A stretch of 64,000 nt of DNA from a virus. Below the pieces are notes generated by a model. The model ran no database searches and was not told the origin of the DNA. It saw only the letters and a list, made by a program, of their open reading frames with translations. The DNA is taken from positions 1 through 64,000 of the IMG/VR virus record IMGVR_UViG_3300033146_000946; one strand, written 5' to 3'. Of this stretch, positions 47,701-55,500 are shown piece by piece (the stretch's first letter is position 1; each line of letters begins with the position of its first letter). The position numbers were made by a program, and so were the translations under genes.

Positions 47701-49291
47701 TTTAGGTCTTAGTAGAGAAGTGATGGATTTTTTAGGTATGAGTACTGATATGACATATTTTAATTCTGTTATAGCTGAAGCTCGTAAAGCTGATACTGAT
47801 GGTGATGAAACTGAGTTAATGCAATTAGGATATAGAACAATCGAACATTTAAATGAAATGAGAGCAGCAACAAAAGAATCACATGCTAGAACTGTAGGTA
47901 GTCATGGACTTCAATATCTTATTAATGAATATAATAGAAGTGGTGCATTAATAGGTAAGGAAATGAAAGGTGGTGTAGAATATTATAAAGTTGGTAAATT
48001 AGCACCTAATGGTTCAATGATTGAAGAATTAGTTACAAAAGATGAATATTTTAATAAATTTGATTCAGGTATATCTAAAAATTTTAAAAAAATTCTTAGT
48101 CAAGACTGGATAGAAGGAACTAATATACATAATATAGCAAATGGTGTAGAACGTCATTTAGCAACAGGTGAAATTGGTACAGCTGCTCAATCATTAATTG
48201 GTTTAATTTCTAATACGATGAGTGAAAGAGTAAAAGATTTACATCGTTTAAATAAAATACTTCCTGATAATGTTCCAACTGATATAAACTTTTTGGATTC
48301 AATTCAATCAATAAAATTTGGTATGGCTAATATGCATCAAACTGCAATTGCTATGGGTAAACATAATACGTTTGAAAAAGCAATAAATTTAGCACATGCT
48401 ATTGGTTTCTGGGAATCAAAAGTTAATAATAAACAAGCTTCACGAGAACAAGTTCAAGCAGCTGAAAAAGCATGGATGCATAATTTTTATGATGATTGGG
48501 ATACAAAAAAATTAAATCCATATTGGGAAAAAAATGACGAAACAAGAGCATTTGTTCAAAAACAACAAGACTTATTTAATACTTTTAAAACTGCTATGCC
48601 ATTTATAGATCAAGTTTATAAAAAAGATCCACAAATAGGAAGATACTTAAAAAATGAAAGCGATTTATCTAGTGGTAAAATGGGAACAGATATTACTGCT
48701 GCATTATGGAATGAATCTATGGATCATGGTATTTATGATGATGCTATATCTCATATTAATTCATCAACTCGAGAAGCAACAGCAGAATTAATTCAACATG
48801 TAATAGATAAACAAAGTGGTGATTTTAAATATGATAATGGACCTACAAAACGAAGTAAAGCTTTTAATCATTTTTATACTAATAATAATATACATGTTAA
48901 AAATGCAATGATGCATGGTGGTAAATTTGCAGCTTTTGGTATGTTAGCAGTTGCAGCATTAAATATGTTTAAACCTATGGCTGGTACTGGAATTGATGCA
49001 CCAGGTGTACATAATAATTTTACTGCTAGTGAATTACAATTAGATAGAAGAATAGCTATAGATCAAGTTGATGCATCTTTTAGTAAAGAAGCATTTGCTT
49101 ATATGAATGATCAAGATTCAACTGCTAGAGAAAAAAAATCATTATATGGTGCTACACAATTAGCAATATATGATAATTTAATTAGACCAGAACCTACTCA
49201 TAAACAATTTAGAAGTAATCTTAATATACAACAGATAAATAGAATGACTTATATTGGTCCATTTGGTAATTCTAATTTTGATAGTAGGTAA
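41786..49291 (+). CDS. Giant protein: DEDDh exonuclease-like domain plus putative single-chain two-barrel RNA polymerase (virion RNAP candidate)
   Basis: LDLET / NGTDFD / HNSALLD; NKSVVTKL, GRYP, ADTDGD, GEIG, QTAIAMGKH in the expected order. Confidence 0.65.
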   Translation: MPITEILGEEIENDNDRVNWFGRVMVGGMSVLGLVAIANKIGGPTGKAIKLSVGDQLEEEVIDAVNKYGRQADKLKSPSSLKHKLPINGKLEVVGKLPSEQAISKFERVVNSQDKINKMMETPTSLYNKIHELERSISTVINGVENGDPMMKQINALHGIVSAKVRTKDAKSDANNYLLMATKINAMRDYSTTDVKGELAQYLDEDIWYDNFLTEMKPSDMIKWNQNNETLIKSDTSYAKKYYKQLQNLEKEILANKIASSANSNKALELTHNKLYVKDAFMPVGDLLNDAAGYVINVTNKSIELFSSDFSNNKMSVGEIKQVIDKSISKNVGLKSQYGSELSDIAHLLDQFKTMSNGKITNVKMTYKTTEQRGVEKAYVVINIDRKYGNNNTRSFSMNIPLVDKFNIVPDITNTSHFGYGVAGIIESLPGTNKPATAIDISTYYMRTVKDMLTQSIMSEVLFTDEESFNDVQKKLRRPLLAIQDQLSALNGEARDIFATGMYIPKTHLDLIADKTGSKKRQLADGAKTIINMFNDSKRNTNNDVSIVLDLETIQLLGNGSGRYMSVRNTTSIWSVGFSIFKGNELIDGDQISSMHALKEHDLLRAYEVDKVDKGYIARMIDENPNIRKFARFAQKTVGGSTGDDSVSLAIALKKHIEMVLDESNGSLSKVTTMPGMGNFSSSVEFAQSFVKMLKAKIRDLQDTLQPGAKITLETANGTDFDIRLLETLTGDMGSIRDMVEFKDITNVSRTMKFGKKGMLGDQLMHIVNQLAWDQGYDKEHFNVEANPLEALKQLQKNGLMKTNKNGGDILKFVGGKIKGNMGLHNSALLDTVMTKAAVILAENVIAKDTSHVDKAYEILNLLEKYQRKDYEATIADYMESSLGVINGKQVTKSGISMQHRVDNYYTHFNVADVMPLLANNPVSKQANQYLRHGWFQKNVKAAYWRYGKMITSPIEEVATDLAYRTTGFDKNRFANKVILNTAYTIGGYGMQSGYSAIPKFIDDEFDQMLYNQKRVQFNFADTDFPDASMSNTIREVYDKAMVRARKMMSDKGLGPVKSKHKISKSVLEEAFRIELGNIQNKESLILDPENPIHQNIMFGDGKLNIKQNTPGKLVGIELGGDINNDKPASMLLLFDYKSSLNLQIDHLPDNKSVVTKLQHVDQEVLRTMGRKYTHGLIESQVDMRTIEKGYTGELQRKALLKIIGHVNKIGHIGSSDASKRVWTDSEKFASDKIMKKVISLFKEKAATDGMHVGSIDEENGFKSFIFGALKPGTVDVKEQMNMLSTIKMSDIMDIFGEAGGDLIHDYKSLKEYYGLFSNDGIIETAHNIDSKLVAKGFSEKGTKEGDLLEQMLNMDDTIKENKALINPFQAAANKYNRKHGDSALQKKLQGYIDANDLQSADNLIKKLKIGKLFQAVGDMSAVNRNIMAGKTGDERFDKLMGIVVPTIHHFSDSQSMKQKQVNKTIKFRANYFDTIFHENYLPERVKQVLASSQGWKADKAGLDLVKTSRAVIDMFKNNNLSKLMTNYSLNQQQMLDIIGNPLTNKQIDRALERLSLADGKSSKRKAAIISEVIDSIKKTGTTISLEEEEEIRSRSINYFKDKLIATKNRPSSLSATEALHVISLSEDQNAKVVGLKFYEYKELDKDTGKLVSKVISKETRAKLIKKGISKDQFKSWGGQIRFDLEDMISRLNEKESDPFNLRQFIDHFSHLKNTPGRADNRIFNVKEVNGRKIIEMNALVMPMFSDIRNVFNQIGDVEGYGVATKEFKLMQEVANGLKDYANSFIDGKGNNSMNNRTGDDLAFNYFQMLGGIMNFGKDSQLFDAVKKFHLVGSRHTYGVSDQHVLLAQYTLKGIDGKSTGSKQRMLDFFKKNNMDASQQSAFMDQIRSVALSDGHTALVNAEDFFGDNIKVNTGNGKSMTFGQMLSDAKANDKHLYNELLKIQNGRATMPGFTGRYPIPSAGELGLSMVNILGLSREVMDFLGMSTDMTYFNSVIAEARKADTDGDETELMQLGYRTIEHLNEMRAATKESHARTVGSHGLQYLINEYNRSGALIGKEMKGGVEYYKVGKLAPNGSMIEELVTKDEYFNKFDSGISKNFKKILSQDWIEGTNIHNIANGVERHLATGEIGTAAQSLIGLISNTMSERVKDLHRLNKILPDNVPTDINFLDSIQSIKFGMANMHQTAIAMGKHNTFEKAINLAHAIGFWESKVNNKQASREQVQAAEKAWMHNFYDDWDTKKLNPYWEKNDETRAFVQKQQDLFNTFKTAMPFIDQVYKKDPQIGRYLKNESDLSSGKMGTDITAALWNESMDHGIYDDAISHINSSTREATAELIQHVIDKQSGDFKYDNGPTKRSKAFNHFYTNNNIHVKNAMMHGGKFAAFGMLAVAALNMFKPMAGTGIDAPGVHNNFTASELQLDRRIAIDQVDASFSKEAFAYMNDQDSTAREKKSLYGATQLAIYDNLIRPEPTHKQFRSNLNIQQINRMTYIGPFGNSNFDSR

Positions 49292-49302
49292 TATATTAAA
49301 GA

Positions 49303-49316
49303 TACTATACTATATT
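49303..49316 (+). promoter_or_regulatory. Putative late promoter motif TACTATACTATATT
   Basis: Intergenic, heading the baseplate unit. Confidence 0.7.
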
Positions 49317-49332
49317 CAAAAAGGACTATAAT

Positions 49333-49506
49333 ATGAGTATAATAGAAACTAATATCGTAGTAGATATAAATGACCCAAATGTAACACCACAAATAATAGC
49401 TCAATTAGAATCAATATTATCAAGTATAAATGGTAAACCCGTGGAAGTTAATGTAATAAATATGGATGATCCCATATCTATGAGTCCATTAAATTATAAA
49501 GTATAA
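49333..49506 (+). CDS. 57-aa protein (not in ORF track)
   Basis: AAGGA RBS; MSIIETNIVVDINDPNVTPQIIAQLESILSSINGKPVEVNVINMDDP... Confidence 0.65.
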   Translation: MSIIETNIVVDINDPNVTPQIIAQLESILSSINGKPVEVNVINMDDPISMSPLNYKV

Positions 49507-49517
49507 AGGTAAAATAT

Positions 49518-52500
49518 ATGGCATATATAAACGCTAAAAATGTAGAACGAGTATATCATCCAAGTCAATTAACAACATTATTATATAGTATGATTGATAC
49601 CCTTAAAACAGATATTAAATCTAGTTTTAAGATTCCAGGTACCGTATCTACTCGTCATAAATATGATACCGTTTTATCATATGGTAAATATACATCATCC
49701 TTAGAAAAAGTAAAATATAAAGTATCATTTTTACCAGGACATTTAAATTTAAATACATCTAAAGTATCATTTTTACCAGGACATTTAAATTTAAATACAT
49801 CTAAAGCACACACATACGCTTTAGATGTTATCAGTAAATTATATACTGACACATTTAAATTAAAAGTAAGTGATTTCGTATATCAAAATAATCCAGATGT
49901 TGGAACTTTATTAGAATCAAAAGGACGTGGTTTACAACCAGGAGATATTTTATTAGCTAGAGCTTATAGTTCTACTAATAATTCAGAATATATAGATTAT
50001 TTAACAATAGTAATAGAAGCAAATGATGGAAATTTAGTTACTTTTCCAGAATTATATAAAAATAATGCTGATTTATTTAATATTAAATTTATTAGACAAT
50101 ATACTATTACAAAACCAAGTAAAGAATTAGCTACATTAGCTGGAAATACAGGTCATTTATTTTATCAATATAAAAATACATCTAAATTATCCGCTGAAAT
50201 TATTAAATCTACTAGATTAAATGTTGATGGTTATTTACAAATTGGTGATTTAAAATTCTTAGTAGCACCACAACAATTATCTTTTAGTACACAAAATGGT
50301 TATCAATATTTTCCTACTATAAGAACCAATGGTAATCCGAATATTCCAACTGCTCAAGAAGCAAAACAAGTTAATATAACTTTAATATTTCCAAATGTTG
50401 ATTCAATTAATAATCAATTATTACCATTATTTGCTATGTTTAAACGAACACCATTTGTTAATGTTTATAATAAAGATATAAGTATGTTTTTTAGTGAATT
50501 AAAAGATGAAGAGGATTTTGTATCTTTTGCATTAGAAGATTTATATATACAAACAATTAAAGGATTTCCAAATACTCTACAAGCTAATATTACAATATTA
50601 CCATTTCAAAAAGAATCTTTTGGTTCTGCTTTTAAAGCTTTAAAAACATTTGATGATGTAAAATATAAACAAGTTGTTGAAGATTTTAGAACAAGTAGAA
50701 TAGATAATATAGTTGAAAATATTCAAAATAGATTAAATGATAATAAAGAAATTTATGCAACTAATATTTTTAGAAAAGTAAAAGGACCATATTCAAAATA
50801 TGGTTTTAGATTAACTAGTGATTTCACATTAAGTGAACCATTTAGAGCATATTATCAAGGCCTATTAGCATATCGAACTGTAGTAGAAGATGAATTAGGA
50901 AATATTGTTAAGAAATCTAATAGAGAACCTATATATATTGAAGCATTTAGACCAAAAAAAGCAGCCAATCTAATACATAAATATGTAGCTGAACATAATC
51001 AAAATAGACCTATTGTAATGAATTATAGTTATATTGATGAATCAGTTCGAGAATTTAGAAAAAAGATGAATGATCAACAACAAGAAGCTAGACGTAAAGT
51101 AGCTAAACAAACTAGAAGTGCTAGAGAAATGTTTGAAGCAATTGGTGACACATCATTTAATGAATCTTTAAATACAGTAATTCATACTAGACAAGATTTT
51201 TTTGATTCTATATTAGCTACTTATCAATTTTCATCTTTTGATAATTTCTTTTCAAGAGTATTAGTACAATATGGAGTTGAAGTTCATTCTGATAATGATA
51301 TTGAAAAGATATCTGGTTATCTGGATTTATTATTTAAATATTTAAAATTTGGAGTAAAAGTTGATAATGTATCTTGGAATGATTTAGAAGGTGGATTTAA
51401 TTTAGTATTTGGAAATGCTTTTAAATTAGTTAAAAGTAAATATTCATTTAAAGGTGAAGCTAGGGATCAAATAGATTTATTAACAGGATTTACTTTAATT
51501 GATACTAAAACTAATAAAGAAGTATCTACTAAAGAATTTACAAATAATTTATTAACAAAAATTCAAAAATTATATGTTAATATTAAAGATGAAAAAACTA
51601 AATCTGTTATTGCTGCATTTTGGGATAGTATATTTAATACTATTTCTAGTGGTGGAGATGTCGTAGATTTAAATACCTTTATGTTTAAAAATTTAGATGG
51701 AATATTAAGATCAAGTATTACAATAGATAATGTTAATGATATAATAGAAGGTTGGTCTATTTCATATTCTAATAAACTTATACCAATGCAATTATTAGGA
51801 TTTAAATATCCATTTTATCAACATATTGGATCAAATAATATTAATGTTCAATTATCTATTACTTCTTTACAAAATGGACGTAAAGTTGGATTAAAAGATG
51901 AATTTTCAATATTAAATGATAGATTACAACGAACAGCTAAAATAATATTAATGAATATGCCAGAATTATTAAAATTGTATAATTATACAGTATCATTAGA
52001 CACAGTACCACTTGGTAATATTTTTTCTATTTTTGGTTTAAAACAATTAGTATTTAATAATTCTAATGTTAGTAATATTCCAGGTAAACCAAACGCTTGG
52101 GCTATTACTGTTAATTTTACTCAAGATTTATTAACAATACGAGAATATCAATCAATTGATCAAGTGCCTAATACTTTTGGATTTGCTCCTGAAATTGCAA
52201 ATAAATTAATACGATCTAGAATTATAACTGAAGATAATGATCCTAGTGGTTATGCAAAAGGTGATGTTGTAGTTTATGATTTACAATTAAAAAAGACCCT
52301 GAAAGATAGTGATATAGATTCTGTAGATCCTTCTAAATTTGATCAATCGATTTTATCAGTTCTAATGCCAAAAGAAGATTATACAAAATCAGCTGTATCA
52401 GCTGCTGTAGAAGCACAAGATAAAATTGATAAAAAACGATTAGGACCTATTCAACATGGAGATGAAACAACATATATATCAGAAATAAATAATTTATTTA

Positions 52501-55500
52501 TATACTACTTTGCCTTATTAAAACAAAAAACATTAGCTAAAAAAAATGATATAGATTTATTTAAAGATGATGTAATAAAAGTAACACAAAGTGATGGTAC
52601 TGTTGTAGAACAAAAATTTAATTTTAAAAGTAATGATCAAATTTTAGAAGCATTTGAATTAGTTCCTAATAAAATTGAATCAAAAAAATTAAAAAAAGTT
52701 TTTGATAATAGTGATTTTTTTAGAGATTCATATAAAGGTCTATTAGTTGAAATAGATACATTATATGAGACCAGTGCTGGTATAATGTTAAAAGCATATG
52801 AAGATATTGAAGTAGATCCTCATATTTTTATTGCTGAAGCAATGATGTCTGTTGGTTTTTTTGGGGTAGTAGGTGCTGCATTATTAGGATCATTAGCAGT
52901 TATGACTGGTGGTGTAGCTTTATTAGCTGGTGGTATGGTTATAGGAATGGTTGGTATTACATTAGATCAAAATAAAAAAGAATCAATAAAAGCTACTATT
53001 AGAAAACACCATTCTTTATTAAAAAATATTTTAGATAATATAACATCAAAATATATTAGAGATATATCTAGAATAATTTTACGAGATCCACCAATAATTA
53101 AAGCTTTATATAGTGAAGAATTATATACTGATGTTATGACTATAATCAGAACTGCAGGTATAAATTGTTATAAAGATTTTGATATTAGATTAGATTCATT
53201 AAATGTTTTAAATGGTGAAACATTACAATTTAGTCCAGAATTTTATCTATTTAATAAATATGATCTTAATACTAAAAAAGATGAATTTATTAAAGATCAA
53301 TTGAAAAATAAAATATCTGCAGCTGAAATACAAAGTAATATGATTTTGAAAGAAACAACCGAAGTATTAGATATGTTAAGAAATATTAATGATGAAGTAT
53401 TTAAAGATGATGCTACATTTTTTACTCAAATTAAAACTGATTTAAATTATATAAAAAATAATTCTACATCAAGTGATCCTAATAGTTATGAAATGGATTA
53501 TGATGAATTATTTAAAAAAATAAAAAATGTTTATGGTAAAATTATAGAAGAATATTCAGGTGTATCTAAATATAAAATGATTAATGGTAAAAAAGTTGTA
53601 ACGTCAACTACTAATGGTATTGATATAGATTTATTAAAATTTAATTTGTTAAATACCGCTCGAATGAAACGAGCAATTGAATTAAAATTAATACAAAATA
53701 CTATTAATGATTCATTAAATGCAGATAATCCAGATGATAAGACAACAGATAAATCTAATAAGAAAAATACTTTAGACGCTTTAACTGAAATGGGTATAGC
53801 ATTAGAATCTATGGATAAATATAAAAATTATATTAAAAAATATTTTGAACAATATGTATCTACTGTTGAAATACAATGGAATCCAGATTTATATAAAGGT
53901 GAACTACAAAGTGAATCTTTTAAAACTGCAAAAGAATTAAAAAAAGAAAAAGAAAAAAGAATAAAAGAAGATAAAGAAAAATTATATAATCCAGATGCTA
54001 AACATGGCTCTATTACTAATTTTGAAATTAGTATTTATACTAGATTATATCAATTATATCTTTTAGATTCAGCAATTAAAGATGCAGTTGCTAATGAAAA
54101 AATACCATCTGATAAATATGATTTGTCAGATATTCCAGAATTACAATTACTCAAATGGTATGGTTTTAGATCAGCAGAACAATCAGTTAAAGATATAGAA
54201 TTCCTAGAAAAACTATATCATAGTGATCTTTCACAACAAGCAAAAGGTATGAGAAAATTATTTCCTACTCAAAAAATTTATTTAGTTGAAGAAGATAGAC
54301 ATACATTTAAAAATTTAGATGATTATTATTCTTATGATGCTATTCAATCGATTGATATAGTTTCTAATAAATATTCTGCTGGTAAAACTGCTGTATTGAG
54401 ATTAGGAAATATATATAATAATATAACTGATAAAATAAGTTTGATGACAGAGCGATTAACAATAGAAGAACGTAGTCAATTAAATACAGATAATGTGTTT
54501 ATGGGAACGTTAGATGTTAAACCTGGTACTAAAATTATTATTAAACAAGGTTACGATGCTAATGATAAATTTTTACCTGTTGTATTTATTGGTAAAATAG
54601 TAGATATGAGACCAGGTCCTGTAACAGAAATTATAGCACAAAGTTATGGTACACAATTAAATCATTATATTGAAAAATTAAATTTTGGATTTAAATCTTC
54701 AGCAAATGAACATGGGGATGTAGCTATAACTTTATTAGATCAAATGTTTGGATCTGATGGTCTAGGTAAGATAGATCCTATGAATATAAGAAGAAATTAT
54801 TTTACAGGAAAAAATTTATCAAAAATGAGAGAAAATTCATTTTCTAAGTTTTTAATATCTAATATTTTATCAAGAGTAAATATAGGATTATTTGCAAATG
54901 ATAATCCTCGCGATGATAATATCTTTTTACCAATGAGAATATTAGATTCTATTATGGATCATGTAACATTTGACTGGAGAATATATCAACAAACTATATG
55001 GCAAGCATTACAAGAATTAGCTCTATATCATAAAAATACTTTTCCAATGGTAAAATTATATAATTATGATGGTTTATCTAATTTAGATGAAATACGTGAA
55101 ACTGTTATTATAGGTAATAAAGCTGGATATTATAAATATACTGATGCATTTGGTTTGAGTTCTATAAATTATGCTGCTATTAAAAATGCTCTTGAAGAAT
55201 GGAATGATATTAAAGATGATGTTGTAGATGTATTAAAAACTATTACAAATTTTAGAGCAGTTAATGATACATTAGTAAAATTTTATGCTCATATAGCATT
55301 TCCAATGACTAATTATAAAGGTTCAAAAGTTAAATTTAAAACATTAGTTGATTCTAATTATATTAAAACATTTGATGTACCTGGTGATAATAAAAATGAT
55401 CCACAACATGTTGGAATAGAACATACAACTAAATCTAAAAAATTATCAAAAATATTAAATAATAAATATTTAATATTAATGTTAGTTAAAAAATATTTTG

